A stretch of DNA of 64,000 nt, taken from NCBI GenBank assembly GCA_051362555.1, contig CM120643.1:22634848-22698847 (forward strand), read 5' to 3'. Below, one piece after another: positions 1-13,000 of this stretch; positions within the stretch are counted from its first letter, which is position 1; each line of letters begins with the position of its first letter. This stretch comes from Lingula anatina (lineage: Eukaryota > Animalia > Brachiopoda). The translations under genes were made by a program, and so were the position numbers. Below the pieces are notes generated by a model that saw only the letters and a program-made list of their open reading frames with translations, was not told where the DNA came from and did not search any database.

Positions 1-230
1 TTTGTCAACTGTCTGGATAAATAATCTCTTTGTTATCAGGACTAGTGAAATGCTCCTAGACAGTAAATTCATCAGTCTAGTTGGAAGTACAACAACAAAA
101 CCAGGAAATAGCTTATGTTCATTTGGTTCACGTTGCTGATGTTTATCTTCTTGCCTTGTTGTGTACAGTCACAGCATATGGCAAGACTTACAATTGAGTA
201 TTTTTACTTCTGTTTAAAATTAAATTGATA

Positions 231-517
231 ATGAAACTATACAAATGCAAATTACAAACCTGCCTGTTTTGAAATTAAGGTTTGTATAATTGAACATTTA
301 CAAGTTGCTGTAAGCTTTATGCACATGTGCACACGTTTTCACATGTGTGTGTATGAATGTGTATTACAATTGACTATTTTTTCTTCTTTTTATAAAAAAA
401 ACAAAAAAACAATGAAACAATACAGATACAATATATAGACCTGTAAACATTTTAAATTAAGGTTTATATGACTGAACATATGCAAGTTGTCTTAAGCTTT
501 GTGCATATGTGTATACA
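231..517. repeat. Diverged tandem duplication (~180-bp period)
   Basis: AATGAAAC.ATACA..AAATTAAGGTTT.TAT..TGAACAT..CAAGTTG..TAAGCTTT.TGCA.ATGTG occurs at 231-335 and 411-517. Confidence 0.7.
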
Positions 518-1548
518 CATATAAAACTAATTTATAAAAGTAAATGTATATACATGTATAAATGAATATAAATCCTTTACATGGATGTAACTGGCAAATC
601 TTAATTTGCGGTGAAGATAAAACATGCAAGGGACAAAGAGGAAAGATCTGAATGTGGCCACAGTTTTGACCACAACCTCAGAATGTCTAGACGGTGCGAC
701 ATTCACACTTCAGCAACCCATAGTGTAAGTCAGCTGATAGTTGGTGGCTTATCATTACACAGTGTCTGTATATATGTGTGTGTGTATAACCTCTGTCTAT
801 ATATGATGTCCTGAATTGAAAATTCAGACAAGCCTGCTAGCTACATAGTCTGGTACATTTCCAGGACAGCTGATTAATTTCATTTGTCTGGATGGCAAGT
901 ATGCAGCTCCGTAAGAACGCACGTGTGAAAATGCACAGAAAACATTGAAAACTGGGGATTTTGTGAAATGGAGCTATACACAATTGAAAAGAAAGCGAAC
1001 TGTGGCACATGGAAAGCCACATCACATATTATAACATCTCTATTTACTTCGCTATCCCCCCTCCCCCCCCCAAACCATGAGGTCTTCTCCCTATCCACTC
1101 TCTACTTCTCAACCCTTTTCTCCTCCTTTAGTTTAGTCTGGTCTTTGTTTAGTCTGGTCAAATGGCTACATGGTTGTTTTGATTTAGTCCAGTGGAACCT
1201 AAGCCCATCAGAGTGGTGAAAAGCAGCTGTGGTGTTTTTTTCTCTTTTTTTAAAAAAATTTGTATGTGCTTCTTCTCTGCATGGCGTGACTTGATGGACT
1301 GTTATTTCTGACACAGTGAAGAGACATGGTACTACGTGAGAAGCTTTGTCTCTGGCTACAGTAAAAAGTTCGACAAAAACCTCATGGCATGTTTGGGTCT
1401 AAATCAAATCACCAGATGAATTATTCTGGTAGTAATCTAAATGTTTACTGACCAAACAGAATCCCAATTAGCCATAGATAATAATTAAGTCTTGTTATCA
1501 ATTTAGCCTCCAGCAGGGTGCCTCTGTCCCCAGCCTTTCAATTGGTGT

Positions 1549-1550
<2 letters not shown>

Positions 1551-1590
<40 letters not shown>
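1551..1590. repeat. (AC)n microsatellite
   Basis: Directly visible. Confidence 0.95.
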
Positions 1591-1592
<2 letters not shown>

Positions 1593-4377
1593 TTGTTTCA
1601 CATTTCTGATGGACACTTCAACATAAATGCCCAACTTCCGTGTGCCTGATCCCAAAAAATTAGAAAAACCAACTAATATCTCATTAAAATTTAACACAAG
1701 GTTGTATGGCAACAGACCACTTATGCAACACTGCCAATCCCTCTTTGAAAATGCATGATTCTTACATCAGGCTCTGCAAACTACAGCCCAAAAAAAAGGC
1801 CAATAAATAGCATAATTTCAACTTTCCTTAAATAAACCATGCACCTTGACAACAAAAAATGAATTTAGAGGGCTGAAATAGGATGTAAATAAGTTGTTTT
1901 CATATACAATTCTGCGCAAAAGATGTGATGAAGAACACACGCACTGAATTATTCATGTCCTGTTATCCAAGATATCAGTCATGTAAAGTGAGAATAACAC
2001 GTAAACAAGTCCAACAGCCATATCATTAAATCTCGCTCAAAACAACATTAAAACACTGCAAACTTCCCTGTATCCTTGATATCAAAAAGTACAAGATAAT
2101 GTTGTATCCTATATTACTGAATGGTAGTAGATTACCAAAGGAATCTTTAGTCCCCCCCCCCCCCCCCCCCACCCCACACACACACACACACCACTCAGTT
2201 AAGAAAAAAAATTATAATCTTTCCGTTCTTCCAGTCAAAACAACCTGCATTATTATTCCTCCACATGATCAATTAGTCGCCAAGCAGTCTAGCCATGGCG
2301 GTTAGGCCGTCTGGTATTCAGACCTGAGGGAAGAGCTCATGCCAGTGATTTCCCTGGTTGTCTCAGTTCCCCCTGCCAGTCAGAGATATGTGCCTCCTTT
2401 GGCACTGTGCTGTGGTACCTTTCAGAAACGCCTGGAGATTCCTAACACAGTTGTTACGTAATGTGGAATCTTTTGAGGATGGCTCAGACCCAGCGATAGG
2501 TAATTACCTCTGACGATTTGGGAGGTTTGGTGATAACTTGTCTGTCTGTCTGTTTGTCTGTCTTTTTGACCACCAGCAGCAGCACTTTGAGAAGTTTTAT
2601 GAACTGGTTTCGTCCAACTGCTCAAGCAGTGTACAATGTGAATTTCATAACATTTAATTAAACAATAAAGAAGACTGATTTACTTTTATCACTTTTTTCC
2701 TTTCCATTTTAGTATTTCACATCACACCCTAGAGTCACAATACACCACTAGCACTTAAAAGTGTATAGGCAAATTTAATTATCAATGGCTTTTATTAAAA
2801 TTCTTTAGCACTTTCCTTGTCTAAAATTGTTAAATATAGCCCATGATGAGTTTTAATGCAGCCCCCCCCCCTTCTCTCATTGTGCAGAATATACCTATTT
2901 TTTTAATGATAAAAGAAATAAGTAACTGACTTACTGACATAATTTGTACAGAGCACAGAAATAAATGACTTTGGTATACACACTGGTTTAACGAACAGAA
3001 TATTTCAACCACTTTTCAACATGAAAAAAAAAAAGGATGCCATCTTCAAGTCAAGGAGTCTATTTTTCAATAACAAGAAAAAAAAATGTGCGTCATATCC
3101 TCACCATCGCAACCCCACACTTCGTGCTGAAGGAAGTCCTACTAGATGGTTGTGTTATGCAGTAATCAGCACCTAACTGTCACTGCCTACAGGTAAACCA
3201 CCAGACTGTGAATTATCTTACTGAAAGTGATGAACCACAAATCACACTTTCTAGTGAAATTAATGGCACCCAAGTTGAGAAATGAAATACATGCAAGTTT
3301 ATGATTATATATGACAGCCACGAATGTAGAGTGGATATATGTGTGACTAAAAGCATCTAAAACTTGGGATGAGAGAGAGAGAGACAGAGAGAGAGAGGAT
3401 GAGAATTCAAGTAGTACTCAATTGATATATGTGATACTGAAGAGAAAATCTCAGAATTCCAAGATTTTCGATTGGCAAAGAAGTGCCCAGCTTTACTTTA
3501 AGTTTACTAGTCACTCAATTTGAAACTGAGAGCAGCCCACACTCAAATTCTTGGCAAAGACAAAAGACAACATGTCAATACATTCAAACATTCTACCTGC
3601 TAAAATTTTATATGGAAAGAGTTCATCATGAGTAACAATGCATGCAAGTAAAATATATGTATGCATGACATGACTAAACAAAATCCATGGTTCCTCCTTA
3701 CTTTTACATATACAAACTTTTTACTTATGGGTCCATGGTACTTTAACTCGCACATTAAACTTTTTATTACGTAAATAAACCATATCCTTATCAACCCTGC
3801 AGGGTAACTTAACCAAAGAATGCTGTGAACCATGTAACCAAAACTAATAGACACTGAATGAGGGATGCCATACCCAAACATTTTGAATCTGTTATCATTA
3901 TGCACATATCAAATTGAGCTAAAGATCTTCACTTCCTTAGTTCATTACGCCAGCAGAGAGAGAGAGAGAGGGAGAGAGAGAGAGAGAGAGAAAGATTAGC
4001 TGTTTTATCAGCCTAGACAAAAAGAGAGCATTATAGCATGGTTGAAAACTTGCAGCATTGGATTCCAAAAGTTGACACAAAAAACTTAATAAAACAGTCA
4101 ACCTTTCTTCAAAAACATGCCTGCATCCATCCAGGCATGCACAGACGAGGACAAAACACAACCGGTTACTAGACAAAGCAACTTATGACTGAGAATGCAG
4201 ACAGAGATCTGAAGAGTAATGCAGAAACAAAACAAAACAAAAAAGATCAGACATTCTTTAAAATAAATTACAATAAAAAAGAAGAAAAAAACTTGGAAAA
4301 ATCAATCTTATCACATCATGTCTCGCCAAGCCTAGAGAAAATCTAATATAAATCATTAACACTAAAATGCAATTTAC

Positions 4378-4614
4378 CCTTCTTTTGTTGCTGCACTTGC
4401 TGCTATTGCTGCAGACACCACCTGGACTAGTATTATTACTACAGAGAACCCCTTGCTGCTTCCTATGCTGCTGCTGTCGTCCGCAGTGAGACGACAACCT
4501 CCCCGGTGGTGACGAAGGAACTTTTTTCGCAATGTTCAAGTCATGAGTAGCCAGGTACTTTTTCTCCTTCCCGAGACATTTTTTAATGAGACCAAGGATG
4601 GAGTCCGCACACAT
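4378..4614 (-). CDS. Candidate alternative first coding exon (MCADSILGLIKKCLGKEKK...CSNKRR, 79 codons)
   Basis: Locally GC-richer open frame, ATG at 4614 with upstream in-frame TGA, donor AGG/GTAAAT in phase 0, downstream of a TATA promoter. No homology recognised. Confidence 0.5.
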
Positions 4615-5139
4615 AAGGAACTCTGACTTAGAGATCTCCAATGTCGTCGCCAGCGTGTAATGATAGCAACAACTTCAGCCTGCTTCTGTTTTTTTTTTAA
4701 CTGCTTTCCTTTCCTTCACAGTTTCTTCTACACAACCGATGTACTCAAAGTATTTATAAACAGAAGCTGCTTTGCCTTCTGAACTTGGTCCTCTTCAAAC
4801 CAACAGTGAGTTGTATTAAAAATAAATTTCCCTGCCTGCCTGACCGAGTAGTCTACCAGCACACTGAGTACAATACCATTAGTGTATAGTAAAATATATA
4901 TATATATATATATATAGCCACAGCTGTTTTATCTATAGAGATTTGTCCATGTTTTTCTCTACAGCTGGCTTCCTGGACTGGTATGCCAAGTATAGTACTG
5001 TTCAACTTCAGTCCAGTGCAGAAGAGTATCAAGGAGCACCAGATATTTTCTTCAAACTATAACCTCTGTTCACGCACTCATAGTCTCTTTCAGTAAGACT
5101 CTTTTAACCAGTCGCTCTGCACTACTACGCTCTCTTCTG

Positions 5140-5460
5140 ATCACCTGGTCACTGCAATGTGTCTACCTATTTATAGTGTAACTTTCCGCCCAGTGGCATT
5201 AATAATACATCTCTGACCTTTGTTGACGCTGTGAAAAGTCCCTACAGCAGTCTATATGATCTTCATGCTTGCTGACTGGCCTGCGTCACAGCCTTATGAA
5301 TATTAATCAGCACAAGGCTCATGAATATTCATGCAGACTGTCTGGCTGTCTAGACTGCTGTGTCGTGTCAAGTGTTTGTCTTCATTGTATTGGCAGTGTT
5401 CAGAGTCCAATAGAGTGTGAGGGAGAAGGTCATTTGTAAAACCATTTGTGATTGGTCAGA
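5140..5460 (-). promoter_or_regulatory. Candidate internal Pol II promoter (TATA, CRE/AP-1-like, POU-dimer palindromes, Smad sites, CCAAT boxes)
   Basis: TATAAATA on minus at 5168-5175; TGCGTCA 5282-5288; ATGAATATTAAT 5296-5307; CATGAATATTCATG 5320-5333; CAGACTGTCTGGCTGTCTAGAC ~5334-5355; ATTGG/CCAAT at ~5389, 5407, 5451. Confidence 0.55.
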
Positions 5461-8103
5461 TTACAGGCAGGTATATAATGTATGACAGCCCTGCTCAGAA
5501 TTTGTTAACTTCATACAGAAATGGATGCTAAAAGAAAAGTGCACTAATGCAAGTCACGTCTAGATTGCTGGGCAAGCTCAGGAATTTTTTCAAATCCTTA
5601 CGTAAACAACCAGATCTCAGAGGGCATTTATTCCACAAGTTGATCCTTATTTGATTGCTATTTCCAGTAAGTTGCATCATGCTAGGTGCCTCCTGGGTCA
5701 CATCTTTCTACTTTGTCAGAATAAATAAACTGTCATCATGCAGTATTTATCATTTCAGCTTAATCTCTTTAAGACAATACTTTTATGCTTAACTCTGAGT
5801 CAGGTGGCACAGGTATAACAATGTCAATATTATTACCAATATGTCTCTGACAACACTTCATCAGTAACTTTCATTTTCTTCTCATTTTTTCTTTCACGCT
5901 AATACGTAACTATGACACTTACTACATGTAATATTATAACTCTTTCTCCTTGAAGAAATGTCAGAATGACCCAGCTAATTGCAAGGTTGGCAAGATCTGC
6001 GAAACAAAATACCAAGAAAGCAATCTACTGTGCATTCACTAGCTTAAAAGGGAAAGTGTTGAACTGATACAGTGGCACCTCAATGCATGAATAACACACG
6101 ACAGGACACGCCACGCATGAGACTTGATTAATTATTTGTTATTGCTCGCATGGCATTCTTTCCATTAATAGCCTGTGTTGATAGATATTATATCATTTCT
6201 TTTCAATGTACTTTCAGTCATAAAAATGCACACATATGATCCTCAATCACGTAATATTGACCACATCTCAATGACACTGCATATATCACCAAGTGCCCAA
6301 TATTCTTGTTTTTAAGAACAAATATTTAAGACAACATGAATTATAGCTATAGGCAACAGTATGAGTAAATAGCATGACCAGAAATATTAGTAATGCTCAA
6401 AATTATATGGGCCAGGCGATAATGTGGCCATTGAATGACTTTATGTCATATGCAGGCAAGTGTAAACAGGGGCCAGACGGAATAATATTTCTATTACACA
6501 TTACAGATTTGACAACCTCCGCTCCTTGCTTCCACAGTGTGATGCTTCACATTGAAGTGGCATATTTAGGTAAATGTTTTAGGAGAATGTGGAAAAAATG
6601 AAACCTCCACTGTTGCCAACATATTTCTCTACTGCTAGCATTACACAGACAGGCAGACAGACAGACAGACAGACACGCCTATTTCAAAGACTTCTCAACT
6701 GGAAATAACCTGACTGCGTGGAGTTATATGTTTTACACCATTCCTTTAATAATCCAATATCATATATCTAGTATAGATTAACATGCTAGTATTCTAGTCC
6801 CCATACAACCCATTCTCAATGTGGAGGATGGTCATCCAGAATAGTTTCACAATAAAACTCTGGTAACCAGGTGATGCCTTTGTGACCTACATCATTTTCT
6901 TTCTATTTTTTTTTTTGCCTGAGCATACCTTTCAGAAAGGCAGATTGAGCACTTCGCCCCAGGAAACCCATCCTCAATGTTGCAATAGGCATAGCATCAG
7001 TTCTAGACCTTAGACAACTCTTTCTATATATATTAGAAACCAAGTTTATCTCTCCCTTGTACACGTCAAGGTCAGATTCCTGTCTATCCATTAAATATCA
7101 ACCCAAAGGAAGAACTGTAGGAGTCTGGTCTGAATGTAGACACTCACAGTTTATAGCATTCCACCCCTGACCTCTGATCAGCTGATCACTGGTATAGGCA
7201 CATTTATACCATACAAAATGTGTACTTAATTTGGATTTCTTCTTTTTTATCATATATGGAACAATACAATACCCGTTTTCTTTTTGACACTTGTTAAGCT
7301 GGAAATTAAGGGAAAAAAGGCTGCCCAAAATAAAAAATTGGAAATTCTGAAGTACTTCTGTTTTTTTTTTTTTTTTTTAACTGAATATATGGTGCAATAC
7401 AGGATTGGCCAAGAAGTCTGTCAAAGCTCTTGCTAGAGCAGATTTATCCTTACACTGGCCAGTAGACAAGAGCTTTATCTCAATACTTTTGTTCTCATGA
7501 GTTTCATTTACCCACGTTATGAACTGGCTGAAATTCATATTTCTGTGTCTAACCAGGAAAGGACACCTTTCTTAATAAGAGCATTAAACTAACACCTAAA
7601 TCCAGACAAGCTGATTTCTAAATATATATTTTCGATTAAGTCTGATGCCCCTTTTACATTATGCCTACCCATAACAGTTCTTATGATGTTAACTCAATTT
7701 GTTCACAGCATAGCCATAACACTATAAACCATCAGAGGCATGTGAAAATAAAACAGTCTGGTGTTTATATAACCAGTAACCCAATCAGCTGTTTTATGTT
7801 ATTGTTATCTAAAGCTGCATTATTACAGGGACTATATCAGACCAAATAGCAACCTCATTTGAGGGGTCAGCAGACAACTTACAGAGAACCCACACTGAGC
7901 GTAAGCAAGTGATCTTGTCTAATTGCTTTTTTTCTTTCTTACTTTCAATTTTTTATTTGTTGAGATCATACTGATTCAAACATATGCTGCAATGTAAGAA
8001 TAAATTAAAAGTGCATGTTGATCTAAGTGTAAAACAACTAGGTGATTCAAAACTTTCATTGTGATACTAAACTGACCGAGTTCTAAACCTTACGTTACAC
8101 AGA

Positions 8104-8310
8104 GGGACCATTCCCACAGATACTTGGATCGATCTATCTCCCTGGGGAATCTCACTAAATTGCTATCAAATTAACTGGCTTAAATGTCTGTCACGTTTAG
8201 TAAAACTGTAAGGGGGTAATTATCTTTACCCCCTAGCTAATTCAGTAGGCGTGACTCCCCAGGGAGTTAGACCAATCCAAATGGATCGATTTAGGCATGG
8301 GAACCCAGTC
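8104..8310. mobile_element. Degenerate palindromic MITE, family A
   Basis: Shares ATCGATCTATC..GGGGA.TCTCACTA..CTGGCTTAA..GTCTGTC..CTGTAA.GGGGTAATTA..CCCCAGGGAGTTAG..GGATCGAT with 16810-17019. Confidence 0.7.
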
Positions 8311-9767
8311 AAAGAACGATTAATCAGTGCCTAGTACTCATGTGAAGAAGTCTAAATCGGTTCAGAACCAGGTCTCAACTCTACCTGTGAACATAACCAG
8401 CATGTTTTATACTACATCAAGGCAGACCCTCCCATAAACATCATAACATGCATCCCTTTTCATAGACAACCTTAAAAAGGGTGAATTCCCCTCCCCCCCC
8501 TCTGACACAAAAGAAAGTGTTACAGTCTTCCATGTAAGTGTATCAAAGCGAAAAACATCATATTCTGGGAAATCCAGCATTCCACGAAGTCATTTTGTTT
8601 TTGTTTTTGAATGAGTGAATGAAAAAACAACTTGCAATCACCTAGCTGACTTGAAATTAATATCTATCCACATCATATCTACCCCTGTTTTCTCAAAAGT
8701 ATTGTTGAAGAAATTATATCCTGTTAAAGAACATTTCAAAGAACCAAAGGATGTGTAACTTGAATACAAATTGGCGGAGACATTGTAATGAGAAATATCA
8801 TATCCTTTCTCGTTGAAAAAAAAAAAAAAAAAAACATCAAGAGAAGAAAAATAACATATTTTTAGTATTAACGTGGAAACAAAGGACAAAAGACTTAGCT
8901 CTCATATAACATCACATCCTAATATGTTACTCGAGTACAGATTTATTGAAGATGGTTGATAAAGCACAATACCACATCCTTTCTTTGTATAAGGAACACT
9001 ACCCACATGAAAGAGTTGAGAGTAAACAGGAAAATAAGTTTCATTTCTCTCTGCACTTTCTCCTAATTAAAACTCCTGTGTCTGGGTTATTTAAAAAAAG
9101 TATATGAAAATTTCATTTGAAAAATAAAAAAAAACGGAAAATAATGACGTACAAGGGAAAGTGCTGTCTCACAAAAAAAGTCTTTAATTCTGTTTGTTTG
9201 TAGCAAGGGACAAATCTAAAATAAATACAGAGTCTGGAAAGTGAGTTATTATCATTTTGTACTTCCAAATGAATGTGTATAGTCTGGAGAGGATCAATGG
9301 GAATACTTCATTAATGTGTGAGTCACCAGCATTACGTCTGCCGATGATATAATCCTCCGCTCTTTTTTTAGGCTCTTCCCCAAGTGACGGATGAATATGG
9401 ACCGTCTGTTAAGGCAGAGTGTTAATAAACCCATCTAGGATTGATTCAAGTTTTTATAACCTACTTTCGCCATTTACTTTTTTTGCTTGTACTAAAAAAG
9501 GTGGCAAAAACAGGAGTCACAGGACTCACTTATGTAAATTAGATGATTGACTGGAGTTAACATGGGGGGGGGGGGGGGTGAGTGAGAGATCAACTAAATG
9601 GCATTACAAAATGACTTTATGAATTTTCCAGTGATCTAACAATCTTAGCCCAGTGGGACCTTTTGTCTAGACCTTCTCTTGCACATTTGCACTTGACTTG
9701 ATTAACCATTGTTTAAGTGTAAATTAACAGGTATCAGCCTGGTCTTTTCCTTGGTTTAAGACTCTTA

Positions 9768-10009
9768 GGGTTCATTCCCAATAAAATGGAACTATTCTTC
9801 TACTTAGACCAATCCAACTCCGTGGGGACTCCCACTGAATGCAACCAAATAAACAAACCTCCTCCTGGCATTGAGTAGCATACAGAAAAACAGGTGAATG
9901 TACGAGTACGTTGGAAACGAGAGTGTGTTAATCTGATTGCATGCAGTGAAAGTCCTCACGGAGTTGAATTGATCTATGCTGAATGACAGTTTCATTGGGA
10001 ATGAGGCCC
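9768..10009. mobile_element. Degenerate palindromic MITE, family A-related
   Basis: TIRs GGGTTCATTCCCAAT and ATTGGGAATGAGGCCC; inner arms CAACTCCGTGGGGACT and AGTCCTCACGGAGTTG. Confidence 0.7.
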
Positions 10010-13000
10010 TAGGCCCTTTTCACACTGTGAGGGTACATTTTTCTGTTTTACATCATTTGAAGAGAGCGTTAACTAAATAACCTGGGTATTACATAAGAGA
10101 GGCATCTACCCAGTCTCCCCTCCCTGCCAATAACACGACCAGTATATGAATTAATTCTGATTGGTTCAAACACTTGGAAGTAAATTTGTGAAAGGGAGTT
10201 ACAACGCCCACTACCACGCCTCCAAGCATAATTACATATAGGGACCAGTGAAAGTGGTGTTTAACAGGAAAGTGCACCATACAATGGGAAAAGGGCTTCA
10301 AATCTCTAAGAGAAACCTTAGGTTGCCTGGTGACATCGCAGAAACTGAAACCTGGGTTAGAGTTTAAGTTTCAAAAGTCTTCAAAACCGGTCTTTTTTCA
10401 TACAAGTTTAGGATACAAAAGTTGCCAAGGCAATTTTTTGTCACTAAAGAAGGAGTTATCTGCACAAGATATTGTTAACCAACAGAACATAGGACCATAA
10501 AATACAACAAAAATCTCAAACTGCCATAATACTACAATTTGAGAACTTATAAAAAAAATTCTCAAACTGTTTGAAAAGTTTCCTTGAAAAACTATGTATT
10601 AATGCACTCACTGTGAATATTAACACTTCCAATTCGGCTCAAACATAAAGAACAGAGCATCTCCTTAGCAACTACATACTACACTCTCATTTAATAATGC
10701 ATTTCTGGAATAAAATGACCATTTTGTCTAAAAACAATATCCTTTCTGATAATAAAGCACCTGGTGCCTTTATTGTACACCTTTGTTCCAGGTCCAGCCG
10801 CCTGTTTCTATAATAATTAGAGACCAGTGTACTGTATGGTTTCTACCCATTCAGATAATAATGTAGTCTAGACTAATCAATCACAGAGATACAGCAAATT
10901 TCTTTCTCACTTTGCCACCTTAATCGGCCTTCTACTCTTCCTTGCCACTAATTGTTTCTGTTTGTGGAGACACTGTTCAGCTTCAAAGTTTTTTTTTTTT
11001 TTTTTTTTTTAATTTTTCAGTCACAGTTTGCTCAAGAAGATAACTTTTAAAGACTGAAAACTGGAAGAAGCAAAAAGCAATCTTTTCAATACTAAGTCAT
11101 GTGCAAAATAGTCAAGGCTTAGATTTAGTAGGCTAATATTTTAGCCTAAAAGCTGACTATGGAACCATGTTTAGTTAATTTAGTCAGGAGCATGCTTTTA
11201 TACTTGCACTTGTGCCTTATATAAAAACATGGGATAAAAAATCCTTTGATAATTTCAAAGAAAGGAAGATCGAATGATCACATTTCTGTGAAGCAAATCC
11301 CAAATGGTTTCCCATCAGTGAAAGACATCAGAAATAGACCCAAATGCATATCAAAATTTGAAATCCCACGTTTTGTGAAAATTAGACCATCTGTTGACAT
11401 CATTTACACAACTGCCAAGTTCGGCACTCAGTAGAGCCTACTTTTGAGTGGTTGTGTGGGATTTAAACATTTCAAATGCTACCCAGCTCATAAAGCTATT
11501 TCACAGCAAACCAGTACTTCTGGGAGCTGCTATCAAACAGCTTTCGACAACAAATGCAGCTTCTTACTGATTTAATTCTGAACAACCCCTCCCTCCCTTA
11601 CAATCAAACTCATTGCACTGGGTGTCTTGCACCAGTAGAGAAATGAAAGCATAGACAGGAAAAAAAGCTGTACATTAACAAATGTCTCCCTACAGATAGT
11701 CAACCCACACTCAGTAGCATGTGAGCTTGCAATATCCTCCATTATTAATCTCAGTTGTTGTCTGATGCAGCGCTCTCCCAGGATTATTACACTTTCACAT
11801 TATTAGTGCCTTCAGCAGCAGCAGACTAATCAACCTTCGTGAAATAATGACCTTTTTTTTTCTTTCAGATTAGAGGCTGCAGGCCTGGAGGGGAGGGGAG
11901 GGGGGGGGTGGAAGAGAAATAATAAAAAAAGTTTACTTACAAGGGGGCATTAAAGGGGCAGGGATGGAGTGTCAAATGCTGAACCAAGAAGAAACCTCTC
12001 ACATATATTTTTTGACATGTCACAAAAAAAATCCTTCAAAATCTTGATAACATGAAAAATGAACTTTTCTCCTTGAGCAAGTGTGAAATGACAGTGTTCC
12101 ATGACTGGTGTCTGTACAGGCACAACACCTCCCCCTCCCCCCCCCCCCCCCCCCCCCCCCTTCCAACTTCTCCCTGCTCCATTTCATACCTTGTTCATTC
12201 AAATGCCTACTGTTGGGCTGGTGCCTACAACAAACTTTATTCATGCCATCTTTATTCTTACTATTATCTTTTTATTTCCATCAGTCAATCCCTAGTGAAA
12301 AAATATAAATATTTCTAATACATCTGAAGACATTATTCAGATGACATCATGTGTCTGGCACTGTTATGTGATATACAGACTAAGGAGGTATGATGAGTTC
12401 AACAGGCCACAGGTTGAATATCTTCATATGAGAGCCAGATCTCAACTTCTAACATTGGTTTATCATTATAAACAGGCCAAGATGACTGATAATACAGAGG
12501 GGATAAGAAGTGAATTAAATATAAATGACTGAAACCCATGAAAAGAAAAGAACTGTAGAGTTACCTACGTGGTGATACTTCTTTCTTAGCACTGAGCCAA
12601 ACGAAAAAGGTGCCAGTTATACTGAACAGAACATTGATTTAGCAGAAACTTGAAAGAATGGTAAATCATTATCTTTTTATCATTTCTAACTTTTGTGGAA
12701 CTACCCCCCCCCCCCCCTTGAAAAATCCAAGTCTAGACAAAGTTTAATAACTCAAACTAGAGTCAAGCTGCCTTTCCCAATGATAACTTTTTCATGCCAG
12801 TCCCCTAGAACCCTCAAAATCCATGTCTGGGGCCAAAGTGACACCAATACTGTCAAACAAAAGAGAAAAGAAAAATACTCCTTAGGGGTCTCATCAGTTC
12901 CAGTTTTATCTGCATATACCATAGAATATCCACATTCAGGGCACATGCCATCTTCACATGATCTTGCAACATTGTGCAAATCATGCAACAATTCGACAAT

